DNA of 32,018 bases, from assembly GCA_052386995.1 (NCBI GenBank), contig JBQTJP010000275.1, positions 1 to 32,018 of the forward strand, written 5' to 3'. The position numbers and the translations under genes were made by a program. The notes below the pieces were generated by a model. The model saw only the letters and a list, made by a program, of their open reading frames with translations, was not told the origin of the DNA and made no database searches. Shown in pieces: positions 24,288-32,018 of this stretch. The DNA is from Armatimonadota bacterium. Its GTDB lineage: Bacteria; Sysuimicrobiota; Sysuimicrobiia; Sysuimicrobiales; Humicultoraceae. The first letter of the stretch is position 1. The number at the start of each line of letters is the position of its first letter.

Positions 24288-24965
24288 CTATCCGTACGCG
24301 CGGAGCCTGGATCCACGCCGCGCGAACACGAAGACGAGCACGGCCCCGGCCACGAATCCCCCGACGTGCGCCCACCAGGCGACCGTGGTGGCGCCGGGGG
24401 CGCTCAGTGTTCCGAAGCCCTGCACCAGCTGCAGGATGAACCACAGGGACAGGACGAGGAGCGCGGGCAGTTCCGCGGTCCTGATGAAGATGCCGAGGAT
24501 GAGGAGCGCCAGCACGCGCGCCCGCGGATACAGGATCAGATACGCGCCCAGGACGCCGGCAATCGCGCCGCTCGCGCCGACGAGCGGCACCGGCGAGGCC
24601 GGCTGCGCTACGACGTGGGAGAGCGCGGCGGCGACACCGGTGATGAGGTAGAACACCAGAAACCGGCCGTGCCCCATGGCGTCTTCAACGTTGTCGCCAA
24701 AGATCCAGAGGTAAAGCATGTTGCCGCCCAGATGCATCCAGCTCCCGTGCATGAAGATGGACGTCACCAGACCGCGCCAGGCCTCAGGCCACGGACCCGC
24801 GATGATCGCGCGGGGAATCGCGCCGTAGGTGGTAAAGAAGGCGGCTTCGGCGGTCTCGCTGCCCAGCGCCGCCGTGTAGATGAAGACGCCGACGCACGCG
24901 GCGATGATGCTATAGACGACGACCGGGACCGTTCGCGAGCGCACGCTGTCCCGGAGCGGGATCAT
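24288..24965 (-). CDS. Rhomboid-family intramembrane serine protease
   Basis: MIPLRD start, FMHGSWMHLGGNM, catalytic GASGA and AWWAHVGGF. Confidence 0.93.
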   Translation of the reverse strand: MIPLRDSVRSRTVPVVVYSIIAACVGVFIYTAALGSETAEAAFFTTYGAIPRAIIAGPWPEAWRGLVTSIFMHGSWMHLGGNMLYLWIFGDNVEDAMGHGRFLVFYLITGVAAALSHVVAQPASPVPLVGASGAIAGVLGAYLILYPRARVLALLILGIFIRTAELPALLVLSLWFILQLVQGFGTLSAPGATTVAWWAHVGGFVAGAVLVFVFARRGSRLRAYG

Positions 24966-24971
24966 GAGTGG

Positions 24972-25622
24972 TCAGGTCTCCCACCGGGCGAAGTCCACGC
25001 CCTCCACATCCCCCAGCGCCACCAGGACGTCGCCGCGCTTAACTCGTGAGGGCAGTCGCAGCGTCATGTCGAGGATTACCTTGGTGTCGAGCTTGCCGGA
25101 GAATTCCACCCGGTCGATGTTGACGCCCATCTCTCCAAGGACCGTCCCGATCCGGCCGAGCTGGCCGGGCGCATCGACCATCTGGACGACACAATGTCCC
25201 ATTCCCCGGCGCGGAAACCGGGCCTCCATGCGCTTCATCAGCGTCAGCACGCCGACGACGATCGCCGTGGCGCCGAGCGCGCCGGAATAATAGCCGATCC
25301 CCGTCGCCGTGCCGATGGCGGCAACGCTCCAGAGACTCGCGGCGGTGGTGAGTCCCTGAACCGTCGCGCCGGTCCGCCAGATCGTCCCTGCCCCCAGGAA
25401 GCCGATACCGACGACGATGTTGCTCGCCACGCGGGATGGGTCGGCGCCGGATCCGAAGAAGCCTTCGCGCGACACGAGGGCGAACAGCGTCGCGCCCAAA
25501 CACACGAGGATGTGGGTGCGGAAGCCCGCGGGCTTGTCGACGCTTTCCCGCTCGAAGCCGATCACGCCCCCGAGCACCATCGCCAGGAGCAGACGGCCGA
25601 CGGTCTCCCACCACATGATCAC
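24972..25622 (-). CDS. MgtC/SapB-family membrane protein with C-terminal ACT domain
   Basis: IGFERE, AGFRTH, DPSRVASNIVVGIGFLGAG, GLTTAA; ACT motif DAPGQLGRIGTVLGEMGVNI. Confidence 0.92.
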   Translation of the reverse strand: MIMWWETVGRLLLAMVLGGVIGFERESVDKPAGFRTHILVCLGATLFALVSREGFFGSGADPSRVASNIVVGIGFLGAGTIWRTGATVQGLTTAASLWSVAAIGTATGIGYYSGALGATAIVVGVLTLMKRMEARFPRRGMGHCVVQMVDAPGQLGRIGTVLGEMGVNIDRVEFSGKLDTKVILDMTLRLPSRVKRGDVLVALGDVEGVDFARWET

Positions 25623-26824
25623 GTGCGGGGGGTCCCCGCCGGCACCGTTTCGGGGGCGCCCGACGTGGCCTCGCCGTGCGCGTCCGCGTTGGGCCAGGTC
25701 GCGTAGGGCCCGGGCACCCCAGGACTTGGCTCAGGCTCCACGCCGTACCGGTCGCGGGCAATCTTCCAGACGTGCTCCATCAGGCCGTCGATAAGCCGGT
25801 CTTCGGGGAGGCTCGCCACGATCTTTCCATCCTGAAAGATCAGTCCCATGCCCCGGCCGCAGGCGACGCCCACGTCGGCCATGCGCGCTTCGCCCGGCCC
25901 GTTCACGGCGCAGCCCATCACCGCGACCTTCACGGGGGCCGGGATGGCCCGCAGGCGGCGCTCGATTTCCTGTGCGATCTGGATGATGTCGACCTCTGCG
26001 CGGCCGCACGATGGGCAGGCGACAAACTGCACGCCGCGCGTCCGCAGACCCAGGCTCTTGAGGATCTCATACGCGGCGCGCACTTCCTCGACGGGCTCGG
26101 CGGCGAGCGACACGCGAATCGTATTGCCGATGCCGCGGGCCAGCACCGTGCCGATGCCCACGGCTGACTTGAGGCTTCCCGCCCAGGTGGTGCCGGCCTC
26201 GGTCACCCCAACATGCAGTGGATACGGCGTCCGCTCGCTGATCATCGTGTAGGCGTCGATCATCATCGGGACCTCAGAGGCCTTCACCGAGATGACGATA
26301 TCGCGGAAGTCGAGATCCTCCAGGACGGCCACGTCTTCGAGCGCGCTCTCCACCAGTGCCTCGGCGCACGGGCGCCCGAATTTGCGCAGCGTCGCCTTCG
26401 ACAGCGAGCCGATGTTGGCGCCGATGCGGATCGGCACGCCCCGCGCCTTCGCCTCGCGCGCCACGATTCGGGTACGCTCCCGGCTGCCGATGTTCCCGGG
26501 GTTGATGCGCAGCTTGTCGATCCCCGCTTCCAGCGCGAGCAGCGCCAGGCGGTGATCGAAATGGATGTCGGCCACGATGGGTAGCGGGCTTCGAGGTTTG
26601 ATCTCGCGCAGCGCCTCGGCCGCCTCGGCATCTGGGACCGCCAGCCGGGCGACCTCGCACCCCTCGGCGGCGAGTTGATAGATCTGCGCGAGGGTGGCGT
26701 CGATGTCACGGGTGTCGGTGATCGTCATCGACTGGACGCTGACCGGCGCGTCGCCGCCGATCTCGACCCGTCCGACCCTGACCTTCCGTGTCTGCGTGCG
26801 ATGCATGACCTCGTCCCCCGCCAT
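25619..26824 (-). CDS. ispG: (E)-4-hydroxy-3-methylbut-2-enyl-diphosphate synthase
   Basis: VSVQSMT, VADIHFD, RINPGNIG, HVGVTEAG, TIRVSL, CPSCGR, MGCAVNGPGE. Confidence 0.97.
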   Translation of the reverse strand: MAGDEVMHRTQTRKVRVGRVEIGGDAPVSVQSMTITDTRDIDATLAQIYQLAAEGCEVARLAVPDAEAAEALREIKPRSPLPIVADIHFDHRLALLALEAGIDKLRINPGNIGSRERTRIVAREAKARGVPIRIGANIGSLSKATLRKFGRPCAEALVESALEDVAVLEDLDFRDIVISVKASEVPMMIDAYTMISERTPYPLHVGVTEAGTTWAGSLKSAVGIGTVLARGIGNTIRVSLAAEPVEEVRAAYEILKSLGLRTRGVQFVACPSCGRAEVDIIQIAQEIERRLRAIPAPVKVAVMGCAVNGPGEARMADVGVACGRGMGLIFQDGKIVASLPEDRLIDGLMEHVWKIARDRYGVEPEPSPGVPGPYATWPNADAHGEATSGAPETVPAGTPRT

Positions 26825-26831
26825 CGGGCGG

Positions 26832-27848
26832 CTACAGGCGCCGGACGTCCCGCAGCGTCAGCCCGACGAGCAGGAGGAGCAGCAGGGCAAACCCGACCAT
26901 GTGGACCAGACCCTCCCGCCGGGGATCCAGGGGCCGCCTGCGGATCGCCTCGATCCCGAGGAACGCCAGGCGGCCTCCATCGAGGGCAGGGATCGGCAGC
27001 AGGTTGAAGACCCCGATGATCACGCTCAGGAATGCCGTCATATGAAGGAAGGCTTGAGAGCCGGTCTGCGCGGCCTGGACGAGGATGCTGCCGGCGGCCA
27101 CGGGCCCACCCAGACTATCCAGAAACTTGCCCTCGTCGATCAGCCGGCCGACGGCCTCGCCCAGCATCACGATGAACTGTCCGGTACGCTGCACGCCCCA
27201 GACCAGGGCCTGGGCCGGGTGCAGCCGGGTCCACGTCGGCTCGGGGGAGAACCCGATGCGTCCGACGCCTCTCGCTTCGTCGAGGCGGGGCGTGACCTGG
27301 ATGGTGAGCTCCTCGGTCCCCCGGCGAACGGTCAGCGTCAGGGGGCGGTCCGCGCTCTTGTGGATGGTCTCGATGATCTGGTCTCCGCTCGCCATCCGCA
27401 CGTCGTCGATCGCGACGATGACGTCGCCTGTCTTGAGGCCCGCGGCCTGCGCCGGCCATTCGGCTTCGACGGTTCCCACGCGCGTGCTGGCGCCGATGGG
27501 AATGCCGCCGGTCGCCGCGGCGATCGCCAGGATGACCACGGCGAGGAGGAGGTTCATGATCGGGCCGGCGGCCACGATCGCGGCGCGGGCGCCGACGCTC
27601 TTCGTGCGGAAGCTGTCCGCGCCGCGACTGGCGTCGTCCTCACCCTCCATACGGACGAATCCACCCAGCGGCAGCAGGTTGAGGGCGTAGGTGGTCTCGC
27701 CGCGCTGCCAGGCGAACACCCGCGGACCAAAGCCCAGCGCGAAGACATGAACGCGCACGCCGGCCCGTCGGGCCATCAGGAAATGCCCGAGTTCGTGGAA
27801 GAAGATCATTGCACCGAACGCCGCGATTGCGGCGAGGATGTTGTGCAC
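26832..27848 (-). CDS. rseP: RIP metalloprotease RseP (M50 family, one PDZ domain)
   Basis: HELGH, LPLGGFV, AGPIMN, PDZ domain, NLLPIPALDGG. GTG start with GGAGAGG SD. Confidence 0.95.
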   Translation of the reverse strand: MHNILAAIAAFGAMIFFHELGHFLMARRAGVRVHVFALGFGPRVFAWQRGETTYALNLLPLGGFVRMEGEDDASRGADSFRTKSVGARAAIVAAGPIMNLLLAVVILAIAAATGGIPIGASTRVGTVEAEWPAQAAGLKTGDVIVAIDDVRMASGDQIIETIHKSADRPLTLTVRRGTEELTIQVTPRLDEARGVGRIGFSPEPTWTRLHPAQALVWGVQRTGQFIVMLGEAVGRLIDEGKFLDSLGGPVAAGSILVQAAQTGSQAFLHMTAFLSVIIGVFNLLPIPALDGGRLAFLGIEAIRRRPLDPRREGLVHMVGFALLLLLLVGLTLRDVRRL

Positions 27849-27892
27849 CGGTCACCTCTCCATGCGGATATTCTACTCCACGGGAGGCTGCT

Positions 27893-28705
27893 TCACATCA
27901 GCCATCCCCACATGTAGTACCCAACCGGGACTCCGAAGAGCACGGCATCGAACCGGTCGAGCACGCCGCCGTGCCCGGGCAGCAGACGGCCCGAGTCTTT
28001 CACGCCGGCTGAGCGCTTCATCGTGGATTTGAACAGGTCGCCGATCACGCCGGCCGCAGCAGTGGAGATGCCGATGAGCCCGATAGGCGGCAGCGGCCAG
28101 CCATTCGCCGCGGCGAACCCGAGGGCGACCAGCGTCGCGGCGGCGAGCCCGGCGATGAACCCCTCGACGCTCTTTCCCGGGCTGATGCCCGGCGCCAGGC
28201 GCCGGCGTCCCCACCGGACGCCGACGAGGTACGCGGCGATATCTCCGGCCCAGATAGCGCCGATCAGGGTGAGCGTCGGCGCGACGCCGGCCTCGGTCCG
28301 CAGGAGGATCAGGTGGGCGAACAGCGCGCCGACACACAGCGCCCCCAGTGCATCCACGGCCGCGGCCGCGGGGGCGCCGGCGCGCCGCGACGGTGAGAGC
28401 GCCAGGGCCGCGGAGGCGAGCACGAGGGCGACGGTTGCCGTGCCCGCAGCGTCCCAGCGGTGCGCGTGCGCCAGCACCGGGAAGAGCAGCGCCCCAACGA
28501 TGAGCACCGGCGAGGGATGATGGCCGACCGCGGCGGTCAGGCGCCCGAACTCCCTGGCCCCCTGAGCGGCGAGCAGAAGCACGAAGGCCAGCAGCAGGCC
28601 GCCGCCGATCACGATGATGGCGACGAGCAGCGGGGCGCCGATGACGATCGTTGCCAGGCGCGGCAGCAGCGATGACGCGCGCCAGGTGCGGGAAGACTCA
28701 GCCAC
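27893..28705 (-). CDS. cdsA: Phosphatidate cytidylyltransferase
   Basis: ISPGKSVEG and KRSAGVKDSGRLLPGHGGVLDRFD. Start placed at GTG 28705, overlapping the end of uppS. Confidence 0.93.
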   Translation of the reverse strand: MAESSRTWRASSLLPRLATIVIGAPLLVAIIVIGGGLLLAFVLLLAAQGAREFGRLTAAVGHHPSPVLIVGALLFPVLAHAHRWDAAGTATVALVLASAALALSPSRRAGAPAAAAVDALGALCVGALFAHLILLRTEAGVAPTLTLIGAIWAGDIAAYLVGVRWGRRRLAPGISPGKSVEGFIAGLAAATLVALGFAAANGWPLPPIGLIGISTAAAGVIGDLFKSTMKRSAGVKDSGRLLPGHGGVLDRFDAVLFGVPVGYYMWGWLM

Positions 28706-29450
28706 CCGCGGTGCCGCCGAACCGCCGTTGCCGCCGCTGATATTCTGCGATCGCCGCAAACAGATGATCGCGATCGAAGTCTGGCCAGTACAGGTCAACG
28801 AAAAAAAGCTCCGCGTACGCCGCCTGCCACAACAAGAAATTCGAGAGCCGCTGCTCAAAGCCGGTCCGAATGATCAGGTCCGGATCGGGCAGGCCGGCGG
28901 TGTAGAGACCGGCGGCGAAGGTGGACTCGTCAATGGCGTCGGCACGCAGGCGGCCTTCGGCCACGGCCTCCGCGACCCGCCGCGCCGCTTGGACCAGTTC
29001 GGCCCGCGCGCCGTAGTTCACGGCGACGTTCAGGATCAATGCCTGGTTCGCATGCGTCAGCTCCTCGACGCGACGAAACTGTTCGTGGATCTCCGGCGGC
29101 ATGGTCGACAGATCGCCCGACATGCGCAGAGATATCCCCGAGCGGTGGAGCTCATCGGCCTCTTCGATGAGGGACTCGTGGAACAGATCCATGAGTGCCT
29201 CGACCTCATCGGAGGAGCGGTTCCAGTTCTCGGTCGAGAACGCATAGAGCGTGAGGATGCCCACACCGATCTCGCGGCATGCCTCGATCGTTCGGCGCAC
29301 GGCCTCCCGCCCGGCGCGGTGCCCGGCCGAGCGCGGCAGGCCGCGGCCGACCGCCCAGCGGCCATTACCGTCCATGATGATGGCCACATGGTGGGGAATG
29401 CGGAGCCGATCGAGGGCCGCCGAAACGGAAGCCGGGTCGGAGCGTGCCAC
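28698..29450 (-). CDS. uppS: Undecaprenyl/polyprenyl diphosphate synthase
   Basis: PHHVAIIMDGNGRWA, YAFSTENWNR, NYGAR, PDLIIRT, RLSNFLLWQAAYAE, WPDF. Confidence 0.97.
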   Translation of the reverse strand: MARSDPASVSAALDRLRIPHHVAIIMDGNGRWAVGRGLPRSAGHRAGREAVRRTIEACREIGVGILTLYAFSTENWNRSSDEVEALMDLFHESLIEEADELHRSGISLRMSGDLSTMPPEIHEQFRRVEELTHANQALILNVAVNYGARAELVQAARRVAEAVAEGRLRADAIDESTFAAGLYTAGLPDPDLIIRTGFEQRLSNFLLWQAAYAELFFVDLYWPDFDRDHLFAAIAEYQRRQRRFGGTAGG

Positions 29451-29456
29451 CGGGGA

Positions 29457-29654
29457 CTATCCGGCGGGAACGTACCGTTCGCGGGTGACCACCAGCCGCA
29501 CCACGCGATCCGCGACCTGCTGGCGAACAACACGCTGATTTCCGGTGAGCGTGACGTGGCGGGGCGTGCGGGTCTCGACGACCTCCACCTGATGGCCGGC
29601 CGCCTCCAGCGCCGCGCGGGCCTGCTCGAGGTTGCGCCCGAGGACATCGAGCAT
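29457..29654 (-). CDS. 65-aa single PASTA-like domain protein
   Basis: DVLGRNLEQARAALEAAG...VVRQ resembles the PASTA consensus. Fills the frr-uppS gap. Confidence 0.7.
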   Translation of the reverse strand: MLDVLGRNLEQARAALEAAGHQVEVVETRTPRHVTLTGNQRVVRQQVADRVVRLVVTRERYVPAG

Positions 29655-29665
29655 GGCGGGGTTTC

Positions 29666-30223
29666 CTAGACCTCCATGATCTCGTGCTCTTTGGTCTCAA
29701 GCAGGCGATCGAGCGACCCGATCGTCTCATCGGTGAGATGCTGCAGACGCTCCTGGGCCCGGCGCGAATCGTCTTCGGAGATCTCCCCTTCTTCCTCGAG
29801 CTGCTCGAGCATCTCCTTGGCCTCTCGCCGGATGTTGCGGATCGCCACGCGCCCTTCCTCCCCGTGCTTGCGTGCGATCTTGACCAGGTCCTTACGCCGC
29901 TCTTCCGTCAGGGTCGGTATCGGGATGCGAATGACCGTGCCGTCAGAAGACGGCACGAGCCCGAGATCGCTTTTCAGAATCGCGCGCTCGATGTCTTTCA
30001 TGGTGCTCTTGTCGTACGGCTTGACCAGCAGGAGACGCGGCTCCGGCACGGTCGTCGAGGCCAGGGCGATGAGCGGGGTGGGGGTGTTGTAGTAGTCCAC
30101 CCTGATCTGCTCCAGCAGCGTCGGGCTGGCCCGGCCGGTTCGGAGGCTGCCGAACTCGCGCCGGGTCGCGTCGATCGCCTTCTGCATGCGGGCCTTCGCG
30201 TCGTTGATGACGTCTTCGATCAT
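29666..30223 (-). CDS. frr: Ribosome recycling factor
   Basis: [34 protein letters not shown]. Confidence 0.98.
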   Translation of the reverse strand: MIEDVINDAKARMQKAIDATRREFGSLRTGRASPTLLEQIRVDYYNTPTPLIALASTTVPEPRLLLVKPYDKSTMKDIERAILKSDLGLVPSSDGTVIRIPIPTLTEERRKDLVKIARKHGEEGRVAIRNIRREAKEMLEQLEEEGEISEDDSRRAQERLQHLTDETIGSLDRLLETKEHEIMEV

Positions 30224-30975
30224 CGACGCGCACTCCCCACGAGCGTGCCGATCGCCTCACCGCCGACGGCGCGGGTGATGTTGCCGGGGCGCGTCACGTC
30301 GAAGACGACGATGTCCATGTTGTTATCCTTGCACAGCGCCGCCGCGGTCGCATCCATCACCCTGAGCTCGCGGTTCAGGATGTCCATGTGATCGAGATGC
30401 GTGAACATCACGGCGTCGGGATGCTTCCGCGGGTCCTTGTCGTACACGCCGGACACGCCCTTCTTGGCCATCAGCAGCGCGTCCGCCTCCATCTCGATCG
30501 CCCGCAGCGCCGCCGCGGTATCCGTGCTGAAGTAGGGGCTGCCCGTGCCGGCGACAAAGATGACGACCCGGCCCTTCTCGAGGTGCCGCAGCGCCCGGCG
30601 GCGGATGTACGGCTCGGCGAGCTGGTGCATCTCGATCGACGACATGACGCGCACGACGAGGCCGTCGCGCTCCATGACGTCCATGAGGGCCAGCCCGTTG
30701 AGCACGGTGGCCAGCATCCCCATGGTGTGGCCCGTGACTTCTTCGATGCCCAGACGCCGGGACAGATCGGATCCCCGGGCGATATTGCCGCCGCCGACCA
30801 CGATGGCGACCTGCACGCCGCGCGCGGTCACGTCGCGCACTTCCGCGGCCACCAGCTGGAGCACGGTCGGGTCGACGTACCCTGTACCGGCCTCGCCGGC
30901 GAGCGCCTCGCCGCTGAGTTTCAAGAGCACACGCTGGTAGACCGGTCGTCGACCGGATGCAGTGGCGGCGTCCAT
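30220..30975 (-). CDS. pyrH: UMP kinase
   Basis: [45 protein letters not shown]. Confidence 0.98.
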   Translation of the reverse strand: MDAATASGRRPVYQRVLLKLSGEALAGEAGTGYVDPTVLQLVAAEVRDVTARGVQVAIVVGGGNIARGSDLSRRLGIEEVTGHTMGMLATVLNGLALMDVMERDGLVVRVMSSIEMHQLAEPYIRRRALRHLEKGRVVIFVAGTGSPYFSTDTAAALRAIEMEADALLMAKKGVSGVYDKDPRKHPDAVMFTHLDHMDILNRELRVMDATAAALCKDNNMDIVVFDVTRPGNITRAVGGEAIGTLVGSARR

Positions 30976-30987
30976 GAGCTCTCCTGG

Positions 30988-31560
30988 CTAGTCGCCGAGC
31001 TTGAATCGCGCGAACCGCCGAACCTGTATGTGCTCGCCGACGCGCGCCTGGATGTCGCCGATCACGTCGCGGACCCGGCGCGCGCCGTCACGAATGTACG
31101 TTTGATCGAGCAGCGCCACGTCTTCCAGCCACTGCGCCAGCCGCTGATCGACGTCCGCGGCCTGCCCATTCGTGTCTTTCGCGAGGGCCTCACGCCGCTC
31201 GGCCAGCACCTCGGCCGGGACGTCGTCCTTCGAGACGAATTGCGGCGCGGTGGCCGCGATCTGCATGGCCAGCTCGCGCGCGAGTTTCTGGAACTCTTCG
31301 GTGCGCGCGACGAAGTCGGTCTCGCAATTGAGCTCGACCAGCGCGCCCAATCGGCCACCGGTGTGCACATAGGCTTCGATGACGCCTTCGGATGCGGCTC
31401 GCCCGGCGCGCTTGACCGCCTCTGCCATCCCCTTGGCTCGCAGCACCTCGGCGGCCCGGTCCAGGTTGCCACCGGCTTCTTCGAGCGCGCGGCGGCAGTC
31501 CATGACCCCGGCCCCCGTGCGCGCGCGCAGCGTCTTGATCATTTCGGTCGTGACGGCCAT
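30988..31560 (-). CDS. tsf: Elongation factor Ts, short form (190 aa)
   Basis: LRARTGAGVMDCRRAL, ELNCETDFVAR, AMQIAA, VRRFARF. Confidence 0.97.
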   Translation of the reverse strand: MAVTTEMIKTLRARTGAGVMDCRRALEEAGGNLDRAAEVLRAKGMAEAVKRAGRAASEGVIEAYVHTGGRLGALVELNCETDFVARTEEFQKLARELAMQIAATAPQFVSKDDVPAEVLAERREALAKDTNGQAADVDQRLAQWLEDVALLDQTYIRDGARRVRDVIGDIQARVGEHIQVRRFARFKLGD

Positions 31561-31563
31561 ACG

Positions 31564-32018
31564 TTATCTGCGCGCCTCCTCCACGTCCCCGCTCTCCGCC
31601 GCCGGACGCGCGCCGTCGAACTCGTGCTCTCCGACTTCCGGATAGACCCCCGGCTTGTCCTCGTCACCGGCCTCGGCGGCCGCAGCGGGTTCTTCCTCTT
31701 CGTGCACCTCGTGCTTCCGGCGCTCTTCCAGACCTTCCATGCAGGCCGTGGCGACGCGATTGGTGATCAGCCGCACCGCCCGGATGGCGTCGTCGTTGCC
31801 CGGGATGGCATAGTCGACTTCATCCGGATCGCAGTTCGTATCCAGGATCGCCACGACCGGGATTCCGAGCTTCCGGGCCTCGGCGACGGCGATGTGCTCC
31901 TTGCGCGTGTCGACCACGTAGATGCCCGCCGGCAGACGGTTCATCGTCTTGATGCCGCCGAGAAACTTCTCCAACTTGGCGGCCTCCTCGGCCAGGCGCG
32001 CCTGCTCGCGCTTCGGGA
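31564..32018 (-). CDS. rpsB: 30S ribosomal protein uS2 (5' end outside the window)
   Basis: [42 protein letters not shown]; acidic C-terminal tail. Confidence 0.97.
   Translation of the reverse strand, partial: PKREQARLAEEAAKLEKFLGGIKTMNRLPAGIYVVDTRKEHIAVAEARKLGIPVVAILDTNCDPDEVDYAIPGNDDAIRAVRLITNRVATACMEGLEERRKHEVHEEEEPAAAAEAGDEDKPGVYPEVGEHEFDGARPAAESGDVEEARR

Noticed and set aside
22728..25049. 773-aa plus-strand ORF, and similar long ORFs at 149-1177, 10593-12176, 17442-19046 and 26694-27917
   Set aside because: Antisense shadows of well-supported minus-strand genes. Long open frames are expected at this GC content, and they show no recognisable motifs.
28028..28030. CdsA GDLFKS instead of GDxxES as an inactivating change
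   Set aside because: This position varies among CdsA homologues, and the other motifs (SPGK, KDSG, HGGVLDRFD) are intact.

Overview
GC-rich bacterial core-genome window with no mobile element, CRISPR array, rRNA or tRNA that I can see. Gene content suggests a diderm Terrabacteria lineage such as Armatimonadota/CSP1-3, which is an inference only. Left end: infC-rpmI-rplT-ktrB on the minus strand, with a sigma70 promoter, a Firmicutes-type L20 attenuator and an ATC start codon for infC. Divergent from it is an apparently leaderless mlaE-mlaF-mlaD operon whose MlaD has a long coiled coil and a C-terminal beta-barrel-like domain. The rest is almost all minus strand, in transcription order: rpsB-tsf-pyrH-frr-(PASTA mini-protein)-uppS-cdsA-rseP-ispG (no dxr), MgtC-ACT, rhomboid, an archaeal-type SAM synthetase, a beta-propeller protein, an FmdB zinc ribbon, a MoxR/DUF58/VWA membrane cluster with an orphan ABC-2 permease, Fe-ADH, a LarA-like protein, a sirtuin, MTAP, a small membrane protein and ltaE. 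The most novel-looking element is missing from the ORF track: a self-contained mini transcription unit at about 4964-5190 (minus strand) with a SigH-type promoter, 5' stem-loop, strong SD, the 10-codon ORF MAKKKAKKKK and an intrinsic terminator. Three neighbouring genes also appear to lack a canonical start codon at their natural N-terminus.
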